From the NCBI RefSeq assembly GCF_001517835.1, contig NZ_LOQG01000011.1, forward strand, positions 44,028 through 108,027: 64,000 bases of DNA, given 5' to 3'. This stretch comes from Caviibacter abscessus (GTDB taxonomy: Bacteria > Fusobacteriota > Fusobacteriia > Fusobacteriales > Leptotrichiaceae). Positions 1 through 9,483 of the stretch are shown here, one piece after another (within the stretch, counting starts at the first letter, position 1; each line of letters starts with the position of its first letter). The translations under genes and the position numbers were made by a program. The notes under the pieces are model-generated. The model had not been told where the DNA came from. It did no database searches and worked only from the letters and a program-made list of their open reading frames with translations.

Positions 1-2
1 TT

Positions 3-488
3 TCAGCAGACCTTGATGAATTAGGTAGAACAAGTGTTGCTGTTGTTTGTGCAGGTGCTAAATCTATACTTGATTTAGGTTTAACACTTGAATATTTAGA
101 AACTAAAGGTGTTCCCGTTTTAGGATATAAAACAAAAGAATTACCTGCATTTTATACAAGCAAATCAGGATTTAATTTAGATTATAAAATGAAAAGTTCA
201 AAAGAAATTGCAGATTTATTAAAAACAAAATGGGCAATAGGTCTTGAAGGAGGAGTTGTAATTGCAAATCCTATTCCAAAAGAATATGAAATGGACGCAA
301 AATTAATTGAAGAAGTTATATCTAAAGCTGTTGAAAAAGCTGACAAACTTGGAATAAAAGGAAAAGATACTACACCGTTTTTACTTGACGAAATTCAAAA
401 AGTAACAAAAGGAGATTCTTTAAATTCTAATATACAACTTGTATTTAACAATGTTAAATTAGCTTGTAAGATTGCAAAGAATATGTAA
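3..488 (+). CDS. psuG: pseudouridine-5'-phosphate glycosidase, C-terminal part (the 5' end lies outside the window)
   Basis: The frame-3 translation from position 3 aligns with the YeiN/PsuG C-terminus (VCAGAKSILDLGLT...GGVVIANPIPKE...TPFLL...GDSLNSNIQLVFNNVKLA). The stop TAA overlaps the next start as TAATG. Confidence 0.85.
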   Translation, partial: SADLDELGRTSVAVVCAGAKSILDLGLTLEYLETKGVPVLGYKTKELPAFYTSKSGFNLDYKMKSSKEIADLLKTKWAIGLEGGVVIANPIPKEYEMDAKLIEEVISKAVEKADKLGIKGKDTTPFLLDEIQKVTKGDSLNSNIQLVFNNVKLACKIAKNM

Positions 489-1353
489 TGAAAGTATATA
501 TATCACCAATGTCAGGATATACTGACTATTCATATAGACAAATATTAAATAAATTTAATCCTGATTTAATGTTTTGTGAAATGATAAATGTTAATTTAGA
601 TATAAATGATAGTGCCTTAATTAAAATGTCTGACAAAGAACATACAGGGGTACAACTTTTCGGATCAGATATACAAAAACTTTATTTTGGTTTCATAACT
701 TTAAATGATATGGGTATAAAAGATTTGTGTCTTAATATGGGTTGCCCTCAACCTAAAATATATAAACGTGGTGCAGGTGCAAATATGTTAAATAGATACG
801 ATGAAATAAATGAACTTTTAGAAAGTTTATACAAGAAAAATATACGTATAAGTTTAAAAATAAGACTATCTGAAAATACTTTGAAATATTTTGAATTAGC
901 AAATAAATATAGTAGTCCTTTTTTTGCTTACATCCAAGAACAAAAGAACAATTATTTAAAGAAGTTGCTAATTGGTCTGAAATCGAAAATTTATCAAAAT
1001 TAGATAGAAATTTTCTTTTTATAGGTAATGGCGATATATCCTCTCTTGAAAATTTTAATAAAATTAAAAACATTAATATTGATGGTATAATGCTTGCAAG
1101 AGGAATTATTGGAAATCCATTTTTAATTAAGGAAATAAAGGAAAATAAAAAATATTTTGCTACACTTGATGAAGTAAAAAGTCTAGTTTTAGAACATCTT
1201 GAATTACTTTCTAATGATAAAGGTCAAACTATAGCTTGCATGCAAATAAATAAATTCTTAAAATTTTATTTTTCAAAATTTAATGTAGATATTAAAAACA
1301 TTATGCTTTGTAAAGATATAAGTGAAAAGAAAAAATTAATTTTAAATATATAA
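488..1353 (+). pseudogene. dus: tRNA-dihydrouridine synthase (Dus family) split by a frameshift in a T7 tract, either a sequencing indel or a genuine pseudogene
   Basis: ORF 488-1003 carries the Dus N-terminal motifs (SPMSGYTD, FCEMI, LNMGCPQPKI with the catalytic Cys). The Dus C-terminal half (HPRTKEQLF...IGNGDI...DGIMLARG) continues in frame +1 from about 925 to 1353. The switch coincides with a T7 run at 919-925, and one extra T would restore a single ORF. Confidence 0.75.
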
Positions 1354-1361
1354 AATAAAAA

Positions 1362-1391
1362 CTTGGAACTAGAAAATTCCAAGTTTTTTTT
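1362..1391. terminator. bidirectional rho-independent terminator between dus (+) and fruA (-)
   Basis: A 7-bp stem (CTTGGAA / TTCCAAG) with an 8-nt loop sits between an A-run upstream and a T8 run downstream, so it can terminate transcripts from either strand. Confidence 0.65.
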
Positions 1392-1397
1392 GTAATC

Positions 1398-3251
1398 TTA
1401 TTTATTTTTCAAAAGTCCTAAACATATTGCTCCTACAAATGAACCTATTAATATACTTAATAAGTATAATAAGAAATTATTACTTAAAAACATTACTAAT
1501 ATTCCTCCATGTGGTGCAGGTATTGTTATTTTGAAAAACATTGTTAAAGCTCCAGCAATTGCTGCTCCTATTGTTGTTGCAGGTATAACTTTTCCTGGAT
1601 TTGAAGCTGCAAATGGAATAGCTCCTTCTGTAATAAATGAAAGCCCCATTATATAGTTTGAAACTCCAGCTTCTCTTTCTTCTTTACTATATTTATTTCT
1701 AAATAAAAGCGTTGTTGCAAGTGCTATTGCTAAAGGTGGAACCATTCCTCCAGCCATAACAGCAGCCATTGCACTTGAACCTGTACCTGCTGCAAGTGTC
1801 CCTGTTCCAAATACATATGCAGCTTTATTTACCGGTCCTCCCATATCTAATGCCATCATGGCTCCTAATACTATTCCTAATATTATTCTACTTGAAGAAG
1901 ATAAGTTTAATAAGAAGTTATTAAGTGATGCATTTATTTGACTAACTACAGGATTTAACAATATAATCATAAGAACTCCTGTAATTAATACAGATAATAC
2001 AGGATATATCAATATTAGTTTCATTCCATTTAATGATTTAGGTAAATCTTTAAATATTTTTTCTAAAAGTTTTATTACATAAGCTGCAAGTATACCTCCA
2101 ATTATAGCCCCTAAAAATCCTGAACCTCCTGAACTTGCAATAGAACCTGCTACAAGACCTGCTGCAAGAGCAGCTTTATCAGATATACTATAAGCAATAA
2201 ATCCTGCCAATACAGGAACAAATAAACCAAATGCTGCCTTACCAATATTCATAAATATTTTAGCTAACTGACTCTTAGATCCAAATTCATAACCTACATT
2301 TGAATATCCTGATAAACTATCAAATAAGAAAGCTAAAGCTATAAGTATACCTCCGCTTATTACAAGAGGAAGCATATATGAAACACCATTTAAAAGATGC
2401 TTGTATATACCTTGTCCTTGTACTTCTTGTTTTTTATCATCTACTACACTACTTATAGTTCCTTTGCCATCTAAAATATCTAAAATTAATTGTTTTGCAT
2501 GATTTATCGCATCCTTTGCTCCAACTTTTATGATTTTTTTACCATAAAATCTGCCTTCATCTACAGCCTTATTTACTGCAAGTATAACACCATAAGCTTT
2601 TTCTATTTCACTTTTGCTAAGCTCATTTTCTCTACCTGCTGTTCCATTTTTTTCAACTTTAATTGTAACACCTAATTCTTTTGCTGCTTTTTCTAATGCT
2701 TCTGCTGCCATATATGTATGAGCTATTCCTGTAGGGCATGCTGTAACCGCCACTATATATTTATCAGACATATTATCATTTTCTGTTTTTTCTTCTTTAT
2801 TTTCTACAGATTCAATAAATTTAAGTAATTGTTCTTCATTATGTATTGATAATATTTTTTCTATATTTCCTTCTTCTAAAACTATTTGCGATAATGATTG
2901 TAGTGCATCTATATGTTCATTTGCTGAATTTTTAGGAGCCGCTATCAAAAAGAAAATTTTTCCTAATTTACCATCATCTGCTTGTACATCTATTCCTTTT
3001 CTTGAAATTCCCATAACAATTGCAAAACTATTTACATATTCACTTTTAGCATGTGGTGTGACTATTCCATCATCAAGTGCTGTTGAAGCTTGTTCTTCTC
3101 TTTTTAAGACATCTTCAACAAATAATGCATAATCATTTAAAATGCCCTCTTCTTGTAATACAAATGCCATTTCATTGATTGCTTCTTCTTTTGTATTGGC
3201 TTCAAGTGATGTTATTATTCTATTTTTAGATAAAATTTCACTTATTTTCAT
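1398..3251 (-). CDS. fruA: PTS fructose-family transporter EIIA-EIIB-EIIC fusion
   Basis: The N-terminus is an EIIA(Fru/Mtl) domain with a His site (TPHAKS). The centre is an EIIB domain (VTACPTGIAHTYMAAE). The C-terminus is a polytopic EIIC. An AGGAGG RBS precedes the start, and the gene forms an operon with the fruK and DeoR genes upstream. Confidence 0.85.
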   Translation of the reverse strand: MKISEILSKNRIITSLEANTKEEAINEMAFVLQEEGILNDYALFVEDVLKREEQASTALDDGIVTPHAKSEYVNSFAIVMGISRKGIDVQADDGKLGKIFFLIAAPKNSANEHIDALQSLSQIVLEEGNIEKILSIHNEEQLLKFIESVENKEEKTENDNMSDKYIVAVTACPTGIAHTYMAAEALEKAAKELGVTIKVEKNGTAGRENELSKSEIEKAYGVILAVNKAVDEGRFYGKKIIKVGAKDAINHAKQLILDILDGKGTISSVVDDKKQEVQGQGIYKHLLNGVSYMLPLVISGGILIALAFLFDSLSGYSNVGYEFGSKSQLAKIFMNIGKAAFGLFVPVLAGFIAYSISDKAALAAGLVAGSIASSGGSGFLGAIIGGILAAYVIKLLEKIFKDLPKSLNGMKLILIYPVLSVLITGVLMIILLNPVVSQINASLNNFLLNLSSSSRIILGIVLGAMMALDMGGPVNKAAYVFGTGTLAAGTGSSAMAAVMAGGMVPPLAIALATTLLFRNKYSKEEREAGVSNYIMGLSFITEGAIPFAASNPGKVIPATTIGAAIAGALTMFFKITIPAPHGGILVMFLSNNFLLYLLSILIGSFVGAICLGLLKNK

Positions 3252-4128
3252 TTTTTACCTCCTGATATAATTCCATTATTTTTTCTTTACTTGCTAAATC
3301 ATATGAATATGCACTTGCACTTCCACAAGCTACTGCAAATTCTAAACTTTCGCTTACAATAAATCCTGCTACAACCGAATCTCCTGATCCTATTGAGTTT
3401 ATATATTCCCCTTTAGGAATATTTACATATTTGTATCCTTTTTTATTTATATGTAAAGCTCCTTTACTTCCCATTGATACTATTATGTTCTCCACTCCTT
3501 TATCTAGAAAATATTTACACGCCTTACTTATTTGTTCATAATTTTCAAACTTTTTATTAAAAGTTTTTTCAAGTTCAAGTATGTTAGGCTTTATTAAATA
3601 ATTACCATATATATTCATATCAAGTATTTCTCCTCTTGTATCAAGAACGATTTTAACCCCTTTAGGAACATTTTTTGATATTTGATAATATATGTCTTTA
3701 TCTAAATTTTCAGGTATACTTCCAGCTAAAACTAAAATATCTTCTTTAGTTAATTTTTTTATTTTTTCTATTAATTCATTAATATCATCTTTACTTATAT
3801 AAGGAGAATTTCCATTAATTGAAGTTTCTTTACTCCCATCATTTATATTTGTATTAATTCTAGTGATTCCTTTTTTTAGTTTTATAAAATCAGTTTGTAT
3901 TCCTTGTTTTTTTAAATTATCTTCTATGAAATCTCCTGTAAATCCAGAAATAAACCCAAGAGCAACAGATTTAACACCTAAATTATTTAATAAACGTGAA
4001 ACATTTATTCCTTTTCCACCTGCTCTTATATTAGTTTCTACTGCTGTATTTATATCCCCAACATTTAATTTTTTATCTACATATATGTCATAATCAATAG
4101 CAGGGCTAATAGTTAATGTATATATCAT
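3238..4128 (-). CDS. fruK: 1-phosphofructokinase (PfkB/ribokinase family)
   Basis: Shows PfkB-family similarity (NxxxAGGKGINVS) and the C-terminal GSGDSVVAGF motif. It overlaps fruA by 14 nt. Confidence 0.85.
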   Translation of the reverse strand: MIYTLTISPAIDYDIYVDKKLNVGDINTAVETNIRAGGKGINVSRLLNNLGVKSVALGFISGFTGDFIEDNLKKQGIQTDFIKLKKGITRINTNINDGSKETSINGNSPYISKDDINELIEKIKKLTKEDILVLAGSIPENLDKDIYYQISKNVPKGVKIVLDTRGEILDMNIYGNYLIKPNILELEKTFNKKFENYEQISKACKYFLDKGVENIIVSMGSKGALHINKKGYKYVNIPKGEYINSIGSGDSVVAGFIVSESLEFAVACGSASAYSYDLASKEKIMELYQEVKNENK

Positions 4129-4829
4129 TTTATTTCTCCATTTTCCGTTATAATCAGTACATCATCATAATTTCCAAATTTAATATTTGACACTTTATTT
4201 AATTTGCTACTGTCTGCTAAAACTATCGTTTTTTTAGATTGTGTTATCACTTTTTCTTTTATAAGTCCTTCTTGTATATCCGGTGTAGTAAGTCCATATG
4301 TTTCAGATATTCCATTTACTCCTAAAAATGCAACGTCAAATATATACCTATCAAGAAATGATAAACATTCGTTACCTACAATTGCCTTTGTACTCATTTT
4401 GATTTTCCCACAAATTATAACTGTATTTATATTATAACTAAGTAATTTTTCAATATGCATAAGTCCATTAGTTACTACACAAATGTCCTTATCCCTTAAA
4501 TATTCTATTAATTCATATGTTGTTGAACCTGCATCAAGATATATTAAATCTCCATTTTTAATATATTTTTTCGCATTTTCGCATATTTTTTTCTTCTCTT
4601 TATTATGCTCACTAATTCTTTGATTAAAACTAATGTCATATTTTAATTTTTCAATGTTCTCAATTCCGCCTTTTATTTTATTAATAATTCCAAGCTTATT
4701 CATTTTATCAACATCACGCCTAATTGTTGATTCAGATAAATTTATTTTTTGAAATAATTCTGCATATGTTATATATTCTCTATTTTTAAGTAGAGATAAT
4801 ATAATATCATGTCTTTCTTTTTCAATCAT
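4125..4829 (-). CDS. fruR: DeoR-family transcriptional repressor of the fructose operon
   Basis: Has an N-terminal DeoR HTH (ELFQKINLSESTIRRDVDKM) and a C-terminal sugar-phosphate-binding DeoR_C domain. It overlaps fruK by 4 nt. Confidence 0.85.
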   Translation of the reverse strand: MIEKERHDIILSLLKNREYITYAELFQKINLSESTIRRDVDKMNKLGIINKIKGGIENIEKLKYDISFNQRISEHNKEKKKICENAKKYIKNGDLIYLDAGSTTYELIEYLRDKDICVVTNGLMHIEKLLSYNINTVIICGKIKMSTKAIVGNECLSFLDRYIFDVAFLGVNGISETYGLTTPDIQEGLIKEKVITQSKKTIVLADSSKLNKVSNIKFGNYDDVLIITENGEIK

Positions 4830-5012
4830 AAATCTTTCACCTCTATACTAAAATACCACGATTTTAAATTAAGTCAAGATTTTTTTTGAAAAAAAATGAA
4901 AAAAAATGAAAAATTAAAATTTTGCATATCCTAAAAGCAATAATTTGATATAAGTAAGAATTTTCTGGCATTATTGTAAAAAAAATTCATTGTAAATATA
5001 ATCACTTTTATA

Positions 5013-5041
5013 TAGTTTTTTACCTGTAAAAATGGTATAAT
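5013..5041 (+). promoter_or_regulatory. putative glmU promoter with an extended -10 (TGgTATAAT) and a weak -35
   Basis: TGGTATAAT lies at 5033-5041, about 27 nt upstream of the RBS GGAGG and the ATG at 5068. The -35 is poor (TAGTTT). Confidence 0.3.
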
Positions 5042-5067
5042 TTATAAAAATGGTTTTTGGAGGAATA

Positions 5068-6396
5068 ATGTTATCTTTAATTTTAGCTGCCGGTAAAGGT
5101 ACTAGAATGAAATCAAATATACCTAAAGTAATGCACAAAGTAAACGGAAAACCTATGTTAAAAAAAGTTACACAAGTTTGTGAACCCTTTGGTAAAATAT
5201 TACTTGTACTAGGTGATAAAAAAGATTTAATACTGGAAAGTTTTTCAAATTTTGAATATGTATTTCAAGAAGAGCAATTAGGTACTGCTCATGCAGTAAT
5301 GATTGCAAAAGAATATATAGAAAAAATAAATGAACCTGTATTAATTACATACGGAGATGGTCCTTTACTATCTTCAAAAACGATATCAAAAATGAAAGAA
5401 AAATTTGAACATGATAAACTTGATTGTTTAGTTTTATCTTGCATATTGGACAATCCCACAGGATATGGTAGAATTATAAAACAAGAAAATAAAGTAATTG
5501 ATATAGTAGAAGAAAAAGAAGCAAATAATGAACAAAAAAAGATAAATGAAATAAATATAGGAGTATATATTTTTAATAATAACGCTCTTTTAAATATAAT
5601 TGACAAAATTGACAATAACAATTTAAAAAATGAATATTATTTAACGGATGCGATAAAATTATTACATAATAATGGATATAAAGTAGATAGTATGCTACTT
5701 GATGATGTTAATGAAATGCTTGGAGTAAATTCAAAACAAGATTTAGCTATTGCATCAAATATTCTGCGTCATAGAAAATTAAATTCTTTAATGGAAGATG
5801 GGGTTATAATAATAGACCCAAACACTACTTATATTGAAGATGATGTTATAATAGGAAAAGATAGTGTCATTTATCCTAATACAATAATTACAGGTAATAC
5901 AAATATAGGTGAAAATTGTATAATATATTCTTCAAGAATTGAGGAAAGTATTATAAAGGACAATGTAAAAATAGATAATAGCGTAGTTGAATACGCTACA
6001 ATAGAAGATAAGGTAACTATTGGACCATTTGCACATCTTAGAAAAGGGGCAAACCTTAAAGAAAGTGTTCATGTTGGAAATTTTGTTGAAATAAAAAATT
6101 CAACACTAAATGATGGTGTAAAAGCTGGACATCTTACATATATAGGTGACAGTGAAATAGGAAAAAATACTAATATTGGTGCAGGAACTATAACTTGTAA
6201 TTATGATGGAATAAACAAGCATAAAACAAATATAGGTGAAAATTCATTTATTGGAAGCAATACCATATTAGTTGCTCCTGTTAATGTAGGTAATAATGTA
6301 CTTACAGCCGCAGGAAGTGTAATAACAAAAGATGTAGATGACAATAAACTTGCTTTTGGTAGAGCAAGACAAGTTACAATAGATAAAATTAAATAG
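5068..6396 (+). CDS. glmU: bifunctional UDP-GlcNAc pyrophosphorylase / glucosamine-1-phosphate N-acetyltransferase
   Basis: The N-terminus has the nucleotidyltransferase motif LAAGKGTRMKS and the C-terminus has left-handed beta-helix hexapeptide repeats. The start was moved to ATG 5068, which lies 5 nt after GGAGG. Confidence 0.9.
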   Translation: MLSLILAAGKGTRMKSNIPKVMHKVNGKPMLKKVTQVCEPFGKILLVLGDKKDLILESFSNFEYVFQEEQLGTAHAVMIAKEYIEKINEPVLITYGDGPLLSSKTISKMKEKFEHDKLDCLVLSCILDNPTGYGRIIKQENKVIDIVEEKEANNEQKKINEINIGVYIFNNNALLNIIDKIDNNNLKNEYYLTDAIKLLHNNGYKVDSMLLDDVNEMLGVNSKQDLAIASNILRHRKLNSLMEDGVIIIDPNTTYIEDDVIIGKDSVIYPNTIITGNTNIGENCIIYSSRIEESIIKDNVKIDNSVVEYATIEDKVTIGPFAHLRKGANLKESVHVGNFVEIKNSTLNDGVKAGHLTYIGDSEIGKNTNIGAGTITCNYDGINKHKTNIGENSFIGSNTILVAPVNVGNNVLTAAGSVITKDVDDNKLAFGRARQVTIDKIK

Positions 6397-6413
6397 GAAA
6401 GAGAGTGTAAAAA

Positions 6414-7388
6414 ATGGTTAATCACGAAATTAGAATTTTTGCCGGATCTTCTAGTATGAAACTGGCGGAAAAAATTGCAAAAAAATTAAACATCAATCTT
6501 GGAGACAGAGATATTATTCATTTTGCGGATGGAGAAACTTTTGCAAGAGCTAATGTTACAGTTAGAGGTTGTAAAGTTTTCATAATCCAATCTACTTCTA
6601 AACCTGTTAATGAAAGTTTAATGGAATTATTAGTTTTTATTGATTCGCTAAAAAGAGCTTCTGCAAGCGAAATTGTTGCAGTTATACCATACTATGGATA
6701 TGCAAGACAAGATAGAAAAGCAAATCCTAGAGAGCCAATTACAGCTAAATTAGTTGCTGACCTATTAACAACTGCCGGAGCAACAAGAGTTGTTACAATG
6801 GATTTACACGCTAGACAAATACAAGGATTTTTCAATATTCCTGTTGATCATATGGAAGCATTACCAATATTTGCAAAATATTTCTTACAAAATGGATTTA
6901 CTTCAGAAGATACTGTTGTAGTTTCTCCTGATATAGGTGGAGTTAAAAGAGCTAGAGGACTTGCTAATTGGTTACATACACCACTTGCAATCATAGATAA
7001 AAGAAGACCAAAAGCAAACGTTTCTGAAGTTATGAATTTAATTGGAAATGTTGAAGGAAAAAAAGCAATTTTAATTGATGATATAATCGACACTGCCGGT
7101 ACTATTTGTAATGCGGCTGAAGCATTAATTAAATTTGGTGCTAAAGAAGTTTACGCTTGTGCCACTCATCCTGTATTTTCAGAACCTGCTATTGAAAGAT
7201 TAAAAAACTCTGCTTTCAATAAAGTTGTGGTTACCGATTGTATTGAACTTGAAGATGAACAACAATTTGATAAACTGGTTACAGTGTCAAGTAGTAGTAT
7301 GTTTGCAGAAACAATAAATAGAATATTTAATGAAGAGCCTATAAGTGACCTTTTTGCATTACCACATGAAATAGATGAAATTAAGTAA
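6414..7388 (+). CDS. prs: ribose-phosphate pyrophosphokinase
   Basis: Carries the Prs signature IFAGSS...PYYGYARQDRK and the PRPP-binding loop. glmU-prs is a conserved gene pair. Confidence 0.9.
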   Translation: MVNHEIRIFAGSSSMKLAEKIAKKLNINLGDRDIIHFADGETFARANVTVRGCKVFIIQSTSKPVNESLMELLVFIDSLKRASASEIVAVIPYYGYARQDRKANPREPITAKLVADLLTTAGATRVVTMDLHARQIQGFFNIPVDHMEALPIFAKYFLQNGFTSEDTVVVSPDIGGVKRARGLANWLHTPLAIIDKRRPKANVSEVMNLIGNVEGKKAILIDDIIDTAGTICNAAEALIKFGAKEVYACATHPVFSEPAIERLKNSAFNKVVVTDCIELEDEQQFDKLVTVSSSSMFAETINRIFNEEPISDLFALPHEIDEIK

Positions 7389-7980
7389 TAGTACCACCAA
7401 TTTTGAAAAAGCATACCAAATATTAAAGGACGGTCACCCTATAATATTTCCTACAGATACAGTCTATGGATTAGGAGCTTTACCAAATGAAAAATCTATA
7501 AAAAAAATTTATGAACTAAAACAAAGAGATGCTGAAAAAAAGATTATAGCTTTAGTTTCAGGAATTGATATGATACACCAAATAGCTGATGATGTTGATG
7601 ATGTTGTTGTAAAAAAATTTATGCCTGGACCTTTAACTATAGTATTTAAAGCAAAAAATAGTATGCGTGATATTGTTGGAGATACAATAGGAGTTCGGAT
7701 TCCAAATAATGAATTAGCTTTAGAATTACTAAAATATGTTGGTGGCATATTAATGACCACTAGTGCCAATATTTCAGGTGAACCTCCGGCTACTAAACTT
7801 GAAAATATCTCTAAAAATTTATTATCAAATATTAAATACACTATAGTTGCAGATAGTCCACTATCAGGTGTACCCTCAACAATAGTATCGTATATAGACA
7901 AAAAATATACCCTTTTAAGAAAGGGTGAAATTCCATTTAACGAAATTATTAATTTAGGAGGTCCTATTCTTGAAAGGTAA
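7375..7980 (+). CDS. tsaC: L-threonylcarbamoyladenylate synthase (YrdC/Sua5/TsaC family)
   Basis: Has a YrdC fold with the PTDTVYGLGA motif. It is about 200 aa, so it lacks the Sua5 C-terminal domain. Confidence 0.8.
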   Translation: MKLSNSTTNFEKAYQILKDGHPIIFPTDTVYGLGALPNEKSIKKIYELKQRDAEKKIIALVSGIDMIHQIADDVDDVVVKKFMPGPLTIVFKAKNSMRDIVGDTIGVRIPNNELALELLKYVGGILMTTSANISGEPPATKLENISKNLLSNIKYTIVADSPLSGVPSTIVSYIDKKYTLLRKGEIPFNEIINLGGPILER

Positions 7981-7981
7981 A

Positions 7982-8434
7982 ATGATAAATGCAAATAAAA
8001 TAAACGATATGGAAATGTTTAATATTAAAAACCAAGCTAAAGTAGCTATGTTACTTCAAAAAATTGGTAAAGGAAAAAGAAAAGTTGAAATAAGTCTTTC
8101 AAAAAATTCACAAAAATATTTAGATCAAATGATAGATGAACTAAAAAAACAAATGAATCAATACAAAGCTCAAATGGGAAATATTTTTGAATTTCTTGAC
8201 TACTTAAAAAAACAAGTCCATGTTGAAAAAGGTCAAAAAAGAGAAAAACAAAAAAAAGTTTTACTTTCTTATGAAGAACAAGATTATCTTGTTATGCAAG
8301 CAAAATCTACTATAAAAGAAATAGATAAAATTAAAGCTGAATTAAAATGGTATAATCTTATAAAAAAAGTACTTTATTCTTCTGTAAAAACTCAAAATGA
8401 GGTTTTACTTGATGAATTGCTTAATCGTAAATAA
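7982..8434 (+). CDS. hypothetical Lys/Glu-rich coiled-coil protein
   Basis: Codon usage is consistent with coding and the ORF is coupled to the downstream ATPase. No recognisable domain was found. Confidence 0.45.
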   Translation: MINANKINDMEMFNIKNQAKVAMLLQKIGKGKRKVEISLSKNSQKYLDQMIDELKKQMNQYKAQMGNIFEFLDYLKKQVHVEKGQKREKQKKVLLSYEEQDYLVMQAKSTIKEIDKIKAELKWYNLIKKVLYSSVKTQNEVLLDELLNRK

Positions 8435-8442
8435 GGTATAAA

Positions 8443-9483
8443 ATGATAAACAATATATTAAATAAAGACATTGCTAATAGCAATGTCTTTATCAATAAAA
8501 ATACAATTAAAATTGTAAATGATATTATAGATAATGCAATTTTACAAAAAGCAAGTGATATTCACATTTTAGATTACTACGGAAAATGTATTGTTGAATA
8601 TAGGGTAGATGGTATTTTAAAAAGATTAGAAGATAATTCATATATTTCAAGCGAAATTATAGCTAGAATTAAAATTATGGCTAAAATGAATGTTGCTGAA
8701 AAAAGACTTACTCAAGATGGAAGTATAAGTTACAATAACTTTGATCTAAGGGTTTGTGTAATACCTACCATAAGTGGTGAAAGTGCTGTAATTCGTATAT
8801 TAAACAGTAGACTTGATGATATATCACTAAAAAGTTTAGGTTTTAATGAAAAAAATATTGATTTAATTTTAAATGGCATAAACAAACCATATGGCTTAGT
8901 ATTAATTACTGGTCCTACCGGTAGTGGTAAATCTACAACACTATTATCACTTACTAAAATGTTAAATAATGGAAAAAGAAAAATAATATCAATAGAAGAT
9001 CCTGTTGAAAATAAGGTACAAGGTATAATTCAAGTTCAAATTAATGAAAATATAGGTCTTGATTTTCCTACTGTTCTTAGAAGTTCATTAAGAGCAGATC
9101 CTGATATAATAATTGTTGGAGAAATAAGAGATGAAATAACTGCTGAAATAGCTATAAGAGCCTCACTTACAGGTCATTTAGTTCTTGCAACTTTACATAC
9201 AAATGACAGTATTTCAACTTTTGTAAGACTTATTGATATGAAAATTCCTAAATATTTACTTCTTGATTCTATAAACCTTATAATCTCACAAAGATTATTA
9301 ACTAAAAATGATAATAAAAATATAGTTAATCGGCTTGCAATAAATGAAGCTTTACTTATGACAAGTAAAGTAAAAGACATTTTTAATAAATATAATTTAA
9401 AATCAGAAATTTTAAGTGAATTAAAAAAAATAGAATTTAAAACGATGGAGGAAGACTTAAATGAAAAAGGCTATAATTTATGA
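8443..9483 (+). CDS. type II/IV secretion-system ATPase of the GspE/PilB/ComGA family, short form with no N-terminal domain
   Basis: Has Walker A (GPTGSGKST), an Asp box (EDPVE), Walker B (DIIIVGEIRD), a His box (LATLHTND), and the GspE-type N2 motif RLTQDGSI. No tetracysteine motif and no GspF/pilin partner occur nearby. Confidence 0.8.
   Translation: MINNILNKDIANSNVFINKNTIKIVNDIIDNAILQKASDIHILDYYGKCIVEYRVDGILKRLEDNSYISSEIIARIKIMAKMNVAEKRLTQDGSISYNNFDLRVCVIPTISGESAVIRILNSRLDDISLKSLGFNEKNIDLILNGINKPYGLVLITGPTGSGKSTTLLSLTKMLNNGKRKIISIEDPVENKVQGIIQVQINENIGLDFPTVLRSSLRADPDIIIVGEIRDEITAEIAIRASLTGHLVLATLHTNDSISTFVRLIDMKIPKYLLLDSINLIISQRLLTKNDNKNIVNRLAINEALLMTSKVKDIFNKYNLKSEILSELKKIEFKTMEEDLNEKGYNL

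Noticed and set aside
753-1073. Antisense ORF (106 aa) and the many other 60-160-aa ORFs that overlap annotated genes on the opposite strand. Examples include 2490-2675, 5289-5621, 12159-12557, 13725-14345, 29774-30481, 31132-31575 and 62004-62923.
   Set aside because: They lie entirely inside well-supported genes on the other strand, have low-complexity F/L/I/S-rich translations typical of AT-rich antisense frames, and have no RBS or domain signature.
4886-4912. Short tandem repeats (TGAAAAAAAA x2) considered as a CRISPR or minisatellite
   Set aside because: There are only two 10-nt units with no spacers, and they are compatible with AT-rich promoter DNA. I kept them only as a weak regulatory note.
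5050-5067. Upstream extension of glmU (MVFGGI...) suggested by the ORF track
   Set aside because: A GGAGG RBS is correctly spaced for the internal ATG at 5068, which matches the conserved GlmU N-terminus (MLSLILAAGKGTRM).
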